NCBI GenBank assembly: GCA_963772765.1
Contig: CAVYYP010000006.1
Location: 26,091-90,090 of the forward strand
Origin: Candidatus Bathyarchaeota archaeon
GTDB taxonomy: Archaea > Thermoproteota > Bathyarchaeia > Bathyarchaeales > Bathyarchaeaceae
Direction: 5' to 3'
DNA: 64,000 nt
Part shown: in pieces, positions 27,897 through 36,486 of the stretch
Numbering within the stretch: the first letter of the stretch is position 1
Layout: each line of letters starts with the position of its first letter
Notes under the pieces: model-generated
Told to the model about the DNA's origin: nothing
Seen by the model: the letters and a program-made list of their open reading frames with translations, nothing else
Databases searched by the model: none
Translations under genes and position numbers: made by a program

Positions 27897-28523
27897 TCAT
27901 GCATTCTTTAAAACTATGTCTTGAATAACAAGGCAGACGTCTTCGCATTTGTCTGTGATTCCTTCAAGAAAGTCGTAGATTTCTTTCATGATAATTATTC
28001 GGATTGGGTCTTTTTCTTTGAAAAGCATAACCATGGAGTCGTCGTGCAGATCGTCGGCGATGTTTTCTAGGCTGTGGACTTTTTTGAAGCTTTTTTCGAT
28101 TTCGTCTTTTTTCATTTTCTGTATTTGCTTCAGGGCTTCGTTGACTTCTCTGACCTGTTTTTCGATTATGTCAGCAAATTTGATTATTGTATCGTCTCTT
28201 TTTTTTATTTCAAAAATGAAAATTCGATTTGCAACCGAGTCTATGAAGTCCAACACGTCGTCATACAGTGAAGTGAGTTTGGAGAGGTCTTCTTGGTCTA
28301 TGGGTGTAATGAAGGACTTGTGGAGTTTGTGTATCATCTTGTGGACGATTTCGTCGCCTTCATGTTCGATTCTGTGCATCTTTTTGATGTTTTCATCATA
28401 GTCGTTTGGCTGGTCTAGCATTTCTTTGAAAAGGGTAGCTGCTTCTAGAACGAGTTTCGATTGTTCTTTTAAAATATTGTAGAAGACCTTGTCCTGTGGT
28501 ATAATCCACTCTTTAAAGCTCAT
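27897..28523 (-). CDS. DUF47 / PhoU-like phosphate-transport accessory protein
   Basis: 208-aa helical protein (…FYNILKEQSKLVLEAATLFKEML…) immediately upstream of PiT, the standard DUF47-PiT pair. Confidence 0.75.
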   Translation of the reverse strand: MSFKEWIIPQDKVFYNILKEQSKLVLEAATLFKEMLDQPNDYDENIKKMHRIEHEGDEIVHKMIHKLHKSFITPIDQEDLSKLTSLYDDVLDFIDSVANRIFIFEIKKRDDTIIKFADIIEKQVREVNEALKQIQKMKKDEIEKSFKKVHSLENIADDLHDDSMVMLFKEKDPIRIIIMKEIYDFLEGITDKCEDVCLVIQDIVLKNA

Positions 28524-28823
28524 GAGTTTACGTAAGTTCTCTATTGATTATTTAACGATTTGGACAAAAAACATAGCAAAAACCGAAACTATAAAGATAC
28601 GACCACAAGAAGAAAGGATTCTTGCTTTGGGAGAGTGTTTACCGATTTTTTATGTTTGGGGCTAAAATGTTATCCCAACAATATCATTGTTTATTTTCTA
28701 AACAAAAAATTTTAATTTAGATTAATTCATAAACTGTTTATAAAAGTGCGCACCTCTTTGAGAACTAAAATTAAGTAATTAGCGCACTTGGATTATACAC
28801 AAAAGGGGGTAATATGATTTTCA

Positions 28824-29093
28824 ATGGAAAGAAGTACAATTGATCTGCAGATTCATATGGCAGTTAAATCTTTAGCGATTTTCCAAGGAGAAATAAATTG
28901 TAAAATTGAGGAACTGATTAAGAAATTGAAGGTTCTTCAAGAAAAAGAGGAAATGGGAGAAGATACAGATCAACTTCTGAAAATGATTTTTGAGAATTGG
29001 GACGATTTGAAAGAGCTCATAAATCAACGTAATAATTTGCAGACTCAAATCAAAAAACTAGAAAAAACAGAAAATGACCTAATTCAGAATTGA
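28824..29093 (+). CDS. coiled-coil hypothetical protein
   Basis: 89 aa with heptad-rich sequence; GGGGGTAAT SD-like motif upstream. Confidence 0.4.
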   Translation: MERSTIDLQIHMAVKSLAIFQGEINCKIEELIKKLKVLQEKEEMGEDTDQLLKMIFENWDDLKELINQRNNLQTQIKKLEKTENDLIQN

Positions 29094-29234
29094 TAACTTA
29101 GTTTTAGGTCATGAATGGAAGTTTGCTTCCCATAGTTCTGATGATAATTTAACCAAAAATAGTGCAATCGTTTGTGTTTCTTTGTATACGTTAATGTTTT
29201 AAAAACAACGGCATTACCTTATTTGGGGTTTATT

Positions 29235-29702
29235 TTGAATGCAAAATATCAAGTATATAGAGATAAGGCAGGAAAATTTAGGTTTCGACTCAGAGCAGCG
29301 AACAATAAAATTGTAGCTGTTAGCGAGGCATACGAAAGCAAAACTGGATGCATGAACGGAGTCAAATCTGTTCAAAAAAACTGTGACGCTCATGTCGAAG
29401 ACAAAACAAAACCCATGGAAAAACTATCTAATCCAAAATACGAGGTCTTCACAGACACAGCAGGCGAGTTTCGGTTCAATCTAAAAGCATCCAACGGAGA
29501 GATCATAGCAGCAAGTGAAGGATATGAAACGAGAGAAGGAGTAATGAATGGAATTGAAGCAGTTCAACGAAGCTGTGACGCCGAAATCGAAGATTTCACT
29601 GTAGAGAAAGCTACAAAAGAGATGGATGAGACAGCAAGAATTGAAGAAGTCTGCAAAGAACCAACAACATGGACTACACAATACAGTCCTACTATTGGAT
29701 GA
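29235..29702 (+). CDS. tandem DUF1508 (YegP-like) domain protein
   Basis: Two repeats: YQVYRDKAGKFRFRLRAANNKIVAVSEAYESKTGCMNGVKSVQKN and YEVFTDTAGEFRFNLKASNGEIIAASEGYETREGVMNGIEAVQRS. The in-frame TTG at 29235 is a more plausible start than the track start at 29172. Confidence 0.75.
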   Translation: MNAKYQVYRDKAGKFRFRLRAANNKIVAVSEAYESKTGCMNGVKSVQKNCDAHVEDKTKPMEKLSNPKYEVFTDTAGEFRFNLKASNGEIIAASEGYETREGVMNGIEAVQRSCDAEIEDFTVEKATKEMDETARIEEVCKEPTTWTTQYSPTIG

Positions 29703-30024
29703 CTTACCAGCCTCTGTTAAATCAGACACCACAGTAACATTTACTGGAAAATTGACCGATCACGATACAGTAGAAGGCGTCGGATGCGCTGAAATATACA
29801 TCTATGAACAAGACCGCTCATTTATGAGAGATGACTTACTGGTATCCGGAGCAACAAACAATGACGGAACCTTCGGGATTGATTGGGCAGCAAAACAAAA
29901 AGACTTCTGGGACGACAAAATACAAGTCTACGCATTATTCAAAGGCACTGAAAATTACAACCCAGCAAAAAGCGACATAAAAAACCTAAAAGTCCTATGG
30001 TATGCCAAAGACCACCTAAAATAA
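29626..30024 (+). CDS. hypothetical beta-rich protein; possibly the frameshifted C-terminus of the DUF1508 gene
   Basis: Overlaps the preceding ORF by 77 nt in another frame. TVTFTGKLTDHDTVEGVGCAEIYIYEQD...GTFGIDW looks like an Ig/CarboxypepD_reg-like sandwich. Confidence 0.4.
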   Translation: MRQQELKKSAKNQQHGLHNTVLLLDDLPASVKSDTTVTFTGKLTDHDTVEGVGCAEIYIYEQDRSFMRDDLLVSGATNNDGTFGIDWAAKQKDFWDDKIQVYALFKGTENYNPAKSDIKNLKVLWYAKDHLK

Positions 30025-30053
30025 GATGCAGTCTACTAAACTTAGCTTTTAGG

Positions 30054-30605
30054 TTACACTAGGTTACCTACGAGCTTTACGTTTTTTCTTTTTAGTACTT
30101 CTTCTCCGTGAGGGGCGACCTCAAGTTCGTCTGTTATGTCTTTTCCTGCTTGGTGGCTGCCCATGTGGTTACCGTTGCCCCAGAGGTCGCTCTGCGAGAC
30201 ATCATACACTTTTCCTTGATATGCCACATATGCTGGATTGCCGTCTTTCCCATTGTATTCTTCAAGCTCTTTAACCGTGAGCTTTTTGAGTTCCGTCAAA
30301 ACTGTCACCTGTGTATCTTTCTTACTGATTTCTTTGGTATCAATCTTTTCTTCATTTTCTGAAATGGTGAAGCGACCTTCACCTAAATACTTGAAAAGCC
30401 CATGAAGTCTTCTTGTGGAAGGCCAATGTCCACTGAAAGGATGATTAGGAGCCATCGCTAAAACGTATGAACGTATAGTCACATCAGGAATTCTAGAATC
30501 TTTTTGCTTAACCTTTCTGATAATATCAACTGCTGTAAAAGTTCCATCGATTTCTTTTGCCGCCTCAAAAACATACTGCCAGACAGGCTTTCCGTACTTT
30601 GGCAT
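30054..30605 (-). CDS. cytochrome b5-like heme/steroid-binding domain protein with an N-terminal winged-helix-like domain
   Basis: The C-terminal LTVKELEEYNGKDGNPAYVAYQGKVYDVSQSDLWGNGNHMGSHQAGKDITDEL matches the cyt-b5/MAPR-like fold. Confidence 0.65.
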   Translation of the reverse strand: MPKYGKPVWQYVFEAAKEIDGTFTAVDIIRKVKQKDSRIPDVTIRSYVLAMAPNHPFSGHWPSTRRLHGLFKYLGEGRFTISENEEKIDTKEISKKDTQVTVLTELKKLTVKELEEYNGKDGNPAYVAYQGKVYDVSQSDLWGNGNHMGSHQAGKDITDELEVAPHGEEVLKRKNVKLVGNLV

Positions 30606-30671
30606 ACAATCACCTATTCAAGCAAGCAAACAAGCAATTATTTTTAGAGCATAAAATGACTGTTTTAAGGG

Positions 30672-31361
30672 TTAGAGTAAACTTGGCAGCTCTGTAATTT
30701 TGGAGATAACATAGTCTGGTTGAATGTTTGTCGGTTCTTCGTCTCCTTTTATCCATACTGTATTCATTCCAGCATCTTTGGCTCCTTGGACATCGTCCTT
30801 TAAGGAGTCGCCAACATGAACTGTCTCGCTGGCTTTGATCCACATGCTCCGCAAAGCATAGATAAAAATTTCGGGATCAGGTTTTCTTACGCCTAAATCT
30901 CGAGACAGAATGATATAATCGAAATATTTTGCAAGCTCAAGTTTCTCCAAGGCAAGTTTTGAGACGGTAGTGATAGCATTAGCGACTATTGCCAGATGGT
31001 ATTTCTTGCTCAATTCTTCTAGCATTTCTCTTACGCCTGGAAGCAGTTCAATTCTGTAGAAACGATTATAGAGACTTTCGATATGGTCGAGCCGTTCTTG
31101 TGTAATTTCCAATCCAAGATCATGCAACAAAATGCTGTAAAGCAAATCAAACCGTAATTCAATATTTCTTGCCTGAGACTTGTTCATTTTTTCAAGCATT
31201 GCGTGTCTGGCTTTGTTAATTTTAGCACGTTTTCCAGAGTACCCAATCTTTTTGAGGTAACCGATCAATGCTTTCTCGTAACTTTCACTATCAAGTGCAC
31301 CATGAGCTAGGGTGCCATCAAGATCAAAGGTTATTGCTTTTATTTGCTCCATAACTAACAA
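30672..31361 (-). CDS. HAD-superfamily hydrolase (subfamily IA)
   Basis: Motif I ITFDLDGTL and motif IV VGDSLKDDVQGAKDAGMNTVWI. Confidence 0.8.
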   Translation of the reverse strand: MLVMEQIKAITFDLDGTLAHGALDSESYEKALIGYLKKIGYSGKRAKINKARHAMLEKMNKSQARNIELRFDLLYSILLHDLGLEITQERLDHIESLYNRFYRIELLPGVREMLEELSKKYHLAIVANAITTVSKLALEKLELAKYFDYIILSRDLGVRKPDPEIFIYALRSMWIKASETVHVGDSLKDDVQGAKDAGMNTVWIKGDEEPTNIQPDYVISKITELPSLL

Positions 31362-31388
31362 TAAGTAATTGATAAATATAAGTTAACA

Positions 31389-31467
31389 GAGTGGCTGGGT
31401 CAAATTTTCTTGACAAATAAAGACCATTTTTTTAGATTTTTTGAAAAAATTTTTGGTCAACAAAACC
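31389..31467 (+). promoter_or_regulatory. diverged fourth copy (D) of the upstream module
   Basis: GTCAAATTTTCTTGACAAATAAAGACC...TTTTTGGTCAACAAAACC shares the GTCAAAnnTTCTTGACAAA head and the TTGGTCAA...AAAACC tail. It faces an ORF-free 600 bp. Confidence 0.35.
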
Positions 31468-32063
31468 TATAAGATAGAAAAGAACCATTTTTAGTGGCAA
31501 GGGACAAGTAGCTTTTGGTAACGGAAGTATGGTTAGTGACTATGTCCAATCAGAATCTGTTGGCTTTGGCTGACCGAACCTGAAATAATGTGACTAGCAT
31601 TTGACTAACTGAAACAGGGAGGAGCGTGTAACCTCTCGACACCGAACTTTGCTATTTATGACCTAGAAGCACGCTGGTCGTATTACCTTGCCAAAGTTCA
31701 TTTTAATTAGCAAAGTATTGAAACATATCATTTCTAGAATAGTCTTCTACGTTTTAGCCAAAACGTAATATTGTTGTTTATTATTGACTGCCTTTTCGTT
31801 CTACCGCATAGTTCTGTAATCAATTTCAAATACCTGTTGCCAACTGACTTGTATTTTTAAGTTGTTCCTAGCAGTTCTCAATTTATAGTATATGCTTTCA
31901 CATAGATGAAGTAGAAGCTGATAGTTTGTTCAGTGAAAATGTCGAAGGAAAAAAGTTCGTTCTCGTTTTTATAGGCTTATTGTTTGGTTCATTAGTCGTT
32001 TACCCTTTAATTCCTGTGTTACTGATAATGAAATTGGCTTGCAGATTGGAGAAATAACCAGTT

Positions 32064-32561
32064 TTAGGTTTCCTTTAGGTCTATTTCTGCTATAATCTCA
32101 TTTTTTGCTCCTGAAAATAGGCTTTTTAGGGCATTTGCAAAATAATACCAAACAACGATGGGGTTATTTCCTGACCTTCTTATATTGTGATTTGTTCTTA
32201 TTGATGGTGCATCAGTGAAAACGTGGCGCAATAGATTAGAAAAAGTATAAGGTGTCCATCCGTATAAGTGGTATCTGTATTCCGTGAATCCTTCAAAATA
32301 TTTCTCGTTTGGAACTTTTAAGATTATTTTGTTTTTTGCTACTCGTTTAAGTTCGTTTAGCACTGCAATTGGGTTGTTACAGTGTTCGATGACATGGCTT
32401 ATGTAAATGGTGTCAAAGCTTTTGTCTGTAAATGGTAGTTTGTGGCAGTCTCCCTGACATTCGATACAGTGTGCATTTTTATCAATGTCGAAGTGTATAG
32501 CTTCTCTTAGGTGTTTTGATTGTGGTGTGTTTCCTGAACCAATTTCGAGAATATTTGTCAT
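32064..32561 (-). CDS. class I SAM-dependent methyltransferase
   Basis: ILEIGSGNTPQ (motif I) and FDTIYISHVIEHCNNPIAVLNELKRVAKNKIILKVPN. Start taken at the second ATG. Confidence 0.75.
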   Translation of the reverse strand: MTNILEIGSGNTPQSKHLREAIHFDIDKNAHCIECQGDCHKLPFTDKSFDTIYISHVIEHCNNPIAVLNELKRVAKNKIILKVPNEKYFEGFTEYRYHLYGWTPYTFSNLLRHVFTDAPSIRTNHNIRRSGNNPIVVWYYFANALKSLFSGAKNEIIAEIDLKET

Positions 32562-32950
32562 TGTTATATCTCCTAGATTATTGCGCATGCACCATAACGC
32601 AATATAATATGTGATTATTTATTTTTATCCCAATTTTGTGGTTAATTAGAGGTTTTAGATTTTCGGCGGTTTTTAGTTGTAAATTGTGCGCGCCCAGACA
32701 TAGAAGACTAGAACACATAAAATTGGTTTAGGAGGTTAAAATTTAATTGACACAGCATAATTTTCACCTCCAACATATTCAGTAGAAAGGTAAATTGCTT
32801 ATAGACAAATCTGTTTAAACAAAATTTGAGTCGCAAGACTTCGCGCATTACACAAAAAAGCTAACACCAAAAAAAAGAGGTGGGTTCAGTTATTTATGTC
32901 TGGATAAGGATAACAACTTAATTTGTGTTGATTGAACAAATGCTCTTAAT

Positions 32951-33151
32951 TTATTCAGAAATTGGTTTAACGTTGACAGCTTTCAGTCCTTTATCTCCCT
33001 CTGTCACTTCAAACTCTACTTTTTCTCCTTCTCTAAGGCTGTTTCTGCCTTGAATCTCAGAGTTGTGAACAAAGATGTCTTTTCCATCTTCGCCTTTAAT
33101 GAACCCGAAGCCTTTTCCGTCGAGCCATCTCGCAACTGTACCATTTACCAT
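32951..33151 (-). CDS. cold-shock domain protein (CspA family)
   Basis: MVNGTVARWLDGKGFGFIKGEDGKDIFVHNSEIQ...EGEKVEFEV carries RNP1 (KGFGFI) and RNP2-like (VFVH) motifs. Confidence 0.85.
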   Translation of the reverse strand: MVNGTVARWLDGKGFGFIKGEDGKDIFVHNSEIQGRNSLREGEKVEFEVTEGDKGLKAVNVKPISE

Positions 33152-33461
33152 GTATTTCACCTCTTGTTCGTGTAGCTTTACCTTCTGCTCCGACTATATA
33201 TAGCTTGCATTTGCATGAGCACCAATAGATGCATCCTCTCAAGACACATAGTATTTTACTAGAGTTTATAGTCAAGTTTCCAGAATACACAACCTCATTG
33301 TTCACATCATAAGCCAACGCATAAACGTAAGCTGACAGAAGCCAAACAAAAACGCCAACCTTAAGTAACCTTGATTTCTGCACGTTCCCACAACTAGAAA
33401 ACCATTACGTGAAATTATATTAAAAGTTGTGACACAAAAAACCAACCAGATGTTAGTTTGG

Positions 33462-34919
33462 CTAACGGCGTAGCCGCTTCCACAACACAGCAACTATCAC
33501 AATAACGGCTGCTGCAAGCACAGCATACAAGACAATGTCAGTAACGTCCACTGTTGATGTGGTTTCGGGTTCATTTTCTGTATAGTCCCATGTTATGCTT
33601 GGAGTCGGGGCAGATACCGTGTATCCGTTTGCCTCAGGATGAGTAAGGTCGATCACTGTCCATGAGCGTTCACCCGAAGTACCATAAGATGGATTAAAGC
33701 TTATCCAGCCAGTTTCATTCGTTATGTAATCTGTTCCATTTACATACACCTTGGCACCCACAACATCATCTCCACTGTTTTGCCAGCTAACATGAAAACC
33801 CACAGACTGCCCCTCATTGAGATTTGCTGTCGTCGCACTTGTAAACGACTGGTCTACAACAGCAAACTTTCTGTCCATAGAATACCATTCAGTTATTGTT
33901 TCCTGGGATGGCTTGTTTTGTGGCGTGTGGCTAGAATCGTCTACTCCGCCTTTTGTGGGGTCATGTATCCATGTCCACCAGTAGAAGCCATAGAACCAGC
34001 TCCTGTCCCATAATACCTGAAAGGCTGCATCGTAGCAGTCATTTTGTTCTTCCAGGTCAACGGGCATGTCTGTCCAATAGTTGGAGGGAGCCATGTTTGT
34101 TCCATCACCGCTCCTGTACCCGATCTCTGTAAATATCACAGGCTTATTGACCGTTGAAACCCATTCCTCAATAACATTCGCATGATTTGTCCATGCGCTT
34201 TTCAGCTCTTCATCTGTGGGATCATAATCAAAGAATGACAAAGGAAAATACGCGTCAATTCCCACGTAATCTAGGGAATTCCACCACTCAATGTTCTGAT
34301 AGTTTGTCCAATCCGCCGCATAGGTTAACGGACCAGAATAGTGCTCTCTTACACCAGAAATGATAGTTTCCCATTGCTCTTTTTCACTTGTTGTTGCTTT
34401 GAATTCACAACCAACACAGAAAAGCTCCACACCATACTGCTCAGCAACATCAGCAAAATAGTTAATGAAACTGGAGTAGCTGTCAAACCAGCTTTCTGAC
34501 GGCAATATTTCTCCCCGCCACACAGTCGGATAGCCCTGCGTCTTTTCCTCTTCCAGCGTGTCAACCATGGGCTTTAGCATAACCTTTAGACCCAGACTGT
34601 GAGCAACCGTTATGGCATGTTTCACTGAATCAGTTGTCGGAGTCCTGTCAGGGTCAACATAAATATCACTTGACCTTGTACTGGACTGAGCCCACGAAAA
34701 ACAAATCGAAACCCATTCCGTGTTCGTTTCTGTCAGCAGGGACAAGGACTCATCAGACTCCGAGGTACCAAACGCATCACTTGACCATGCAGAATAAGAC
34801 AAGCCCTTCTGGAAGCTGGGCGTCCACTCGTCCGATATGGCTGCAGAAAAAACAGGAAAAGAAAGCAACTCTAAAACAAGCAACACAACTAGCGAAAAGA
34901 ACTTCAATTTTTTAGTCAT
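33462..34919 (-). CDS. secreted clan GH-A (GH5/GH113-like) TIM-barrel glycoside hydrolase with a C-terminal TM anchor
   Basis: Signal peptide MTKKLKFFSLVVLLVLELLSFPVFSAA. Candidate acid/base in FCVGCEF and nucleophile in VIFTEIGY, plus LDYVGIDAYFPL. Ends in a beta-sandwich region and then IVLYAVLAAAVIVIVAVLWKRLRR. Confidence 0.6.
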   Translation of the reverse strand: MTKKLKFFSLVVLLVLELLSFPVFSAAISDEWTPSFQKGLSYSAWSSDAFGTSESDESLSLLTETNTEWVSICFSWAQSSTRSSDIYVDPDRTPTTDSVKHAITVAHSLGLKVMLKPMVDTLEEEKTQGYPTVWRGEILPSESWFDSYSSFINYFADVAEQYGVELFCVGCEFKATTSEKEQWETIISGVREHYSGPLTYAADWTNYQNIEWWNSLDYVGIDAYFPLSFFDYDPTDEELKSAWTNHANVIEEWVSTVNKPVIFTEIGYRSGDGTNMAPSNYWTDMPVDLEEQNDCYDAAFQVLWDRSWFYGFYWWTWIHDPTKGGVDDSSHTPQNKPSQETITEWYSMDRKFAVVDQSFTSATTANLNEGQSVGFHVSWQNSGDDVVGAKVYVNGTDYITNETGWISFNPSYGTSGERSWTVIDLTHPEANGYTVSAPTPSITWDYTENEPETTSTVDVTDIVLYAVLAAAVIVIVAVLWKRLRR

Positions 34920-34952
34920 GTTTTTTCCACCCATTGTTTGTCTAAAAAGCTT

Positions 34953-35378
34953 CTATTTCCATGAAGCTATTACTGTAGCTGATATCGCTAATATTACTCC
35001 TACCCAACCAATAGACTGTGTAATCAAGAGCAAGAAATTGATTGTGTTTGCCCAGCCATGGATCAGAGAAGATGCCAAGGTTATCAGGAAACCGAACAGC
35101 CCCATTCCTGCCCCAAGAATTATCATTAATTTGCCTGTTGTTCTTCTGTCATTAAGAATAAGAGAACCGCCTATAATCACGGCTACTCCGCCCAGATCAG
35201 CAATAAACTGCAATATCTGCAAGATTACGGACAGAATGCCTGCTGTGGCTCCGCCTAACGTGTCCATGATGTACACTATTATTGTTCCGATAATTCCTAC
35301 TGAGCCAGTTGTTCCTGCAAGAAGCATCAAAGTGCCTCCAACATAAGCTAAAAGTGCAGCAATTTTTGAGGAAACCAT
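34953..35378 (-). CDS. four-TM Gly-rich membrane protein (hypothetical)
   Basis: 141 aa and hydrophobic throughout. Confidence 0.5.
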   Translation of the reverse strand: MVSSKIAALLAYVGGTLMLLAGTTGSVGIIGTIIVYIMDTLGGATAGILSVILQILQFIADLGGVAVIIGGSLILNDRRTTGKLMIILGAGMGLFGFLITLASSLIHGWANTINFLLLITQSIGWVGVILAISATVIASWK

Positions 35379-35489
35379 ACTCTTCTAGTAAGCTGGTCAT
35401 CATAAAAAAGTTATCACATAATCTTCAAAAAATTATTAGCCCACATACACACATATTATTGTGACAATCTCCTTGGAGGTGATTCTGTT

Positions 35490-35693
35490 TTGTTTAAGAA
35501 ACTGAAAAAGAAAACTGAGGAAGTTGCCAAAAAGACTTCTGATGCTGGAAAGAAAGTCGGAGAGAAGGGCGTTGATGTCGGCAAAGACGTTGGCAAAAAA
35601 GGTTTGAAAGTAGGCAAGAAAGCAGGAAAAGAAGGAATCAAACTAGGTAAGAAAGGAGTCAAAAAGACCAAGAAAGCAATCGAAGATGCATAA
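35490..35693 (+). CDS. small Lys/Gly-rich repetitive basic protein
   Basis: MFKKLKKKTEEVAKKTSDAGKKVGEKGVDVGKDVGKKGLKVGKKAGKEGIKLGKKGVKKTKKAIEDA. TTG start after GGAGGTGA. Confidence 0.4.
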   Translation: MFKKLKKKTEEVAKKTSDAGKKVGEKGVDVGKDVGKKGLKVGKKAGKEGIKLGKKGVKKTKKAIEDA

Positions 35694-35842
35694 TATGAGT
35701 GTAGGGTTCTACAACAAAAAGAACCCTTGTTATTTTTTTGTGTGCACTAAGACATTTTGTATCTGTATTCTGAATTCATCAAAACTAAATAGTGCTTTTT
35801 TGAAAGGTTACAGCATTCGAGGATTTAGAGCGAGGAGACGAT

Positions 35843-36424
35843 ATGTCAGAAGAATCACTAATGTCAAAATTGGATTTTCTACGGTCTTTGCCGAACGTTA
35901 TAACACTAGCTTTGGTTGTAGTAGGCTCGATTGTTTTAGCGTGGGTTATTCAGCTAACATGGACTGACGTTTCTGTGTGGAACAAAGACATAGGCACGAT
36001 ATTGCTCGGCTCCAGAACAGGCGAAGCAATAAGCCTAGGAATAGGAATGACTGTTATGTATTACATGTTGATTGGTGTTGCATTGATTGCGGCAGGTTCA
36101 GTGCTTTTCATAAAAGAACATATCTTGACAGCAGAGCCCAAACAGAAAGTGCCAAAGATGCCAAAGGCGCCTAACAAGATTAAAGCTCAGAAGGTAAAAT
36201 CTGCTCCTATAAAGAGCGCTAAGGTTGACGGCAAACCTAAATCTGTGACTAAACCTGACGCCGCCGCAGCTCAAGAAGAACGATTCTTCTCTGGATGCCT
36301 TCATCACTTCGGTTACTTGTCAAGTAGACCAAAAGATTCGCCAATTCCACAAGAGTGCATACTTTGCCAGAGACTAGGCGACTGCATGGTAGCAACCGTC
36401 TACGTCAACAAAGTCAACGAGTAA
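35843..36424 (+). CDS. membrane protein with a Lys-rich linker and a C-terminal Cys/His cluster
   Basis: Three TM helices, a KVPKMPKAPNKIKAQKVKSAPIK linker, then FFSGCLHHFGYLSSRPKDSPIPQECILCQRLGDCM. Confidence 0.5.
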   Translation: MSEESLMSKLDFLRSLPNVITLALVVVGSIVLAWVIQLTWTDVSVWNKDIGTILLGSRTGEAISLGIGMTVMYYMLIGVALIAAGSVLFIKEHILTAEPKQKVPKMPKAPNKIKAQKVKSAPIKSAKVDGKPKSVTKPDAAAAQEERFFSGCLHHFGYLSSRPKDSPIPQECILCQRLGDCMVATVYVNKVNE

Positions 36425-36486
36425 AAAGAAAAAGCGTAGAGGAGAATTTTGCTCCTCAATATCCTATTTTATTTACTAAATTTTTG

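Noticed and set aside
27289-27924. Long ORFs antisense to confident genes. Examples: 9-350, 1200-1430, 1449-1829, 1798-2551, 2687-3037, 27289-27924, 27988-28401, 34837-35346, 36828-37424, 42118-42770, 46338-47457, 53130-53438, 53894-54801, 57289-57762, 58924-59270.
   Set aside because: Each lies fully inside a gene whose opposite-strand product has clear family motifs. Their translations are low-complexity or Ser/Pro/Cys-rich with no motifs. These are typical shadow ORFs.
28655-28668. The 14-mer TTTGGGGCTAAAAT occurs twice, both in promoter-type intergenic regions: upstream of the DUF47-PiT operon (28655-28668) and between pfkA and fba (37641-37654).
   Set aside because: With only two copies and no extended flanking similarity, chance identity in a 64-kb window cannot be excluded.
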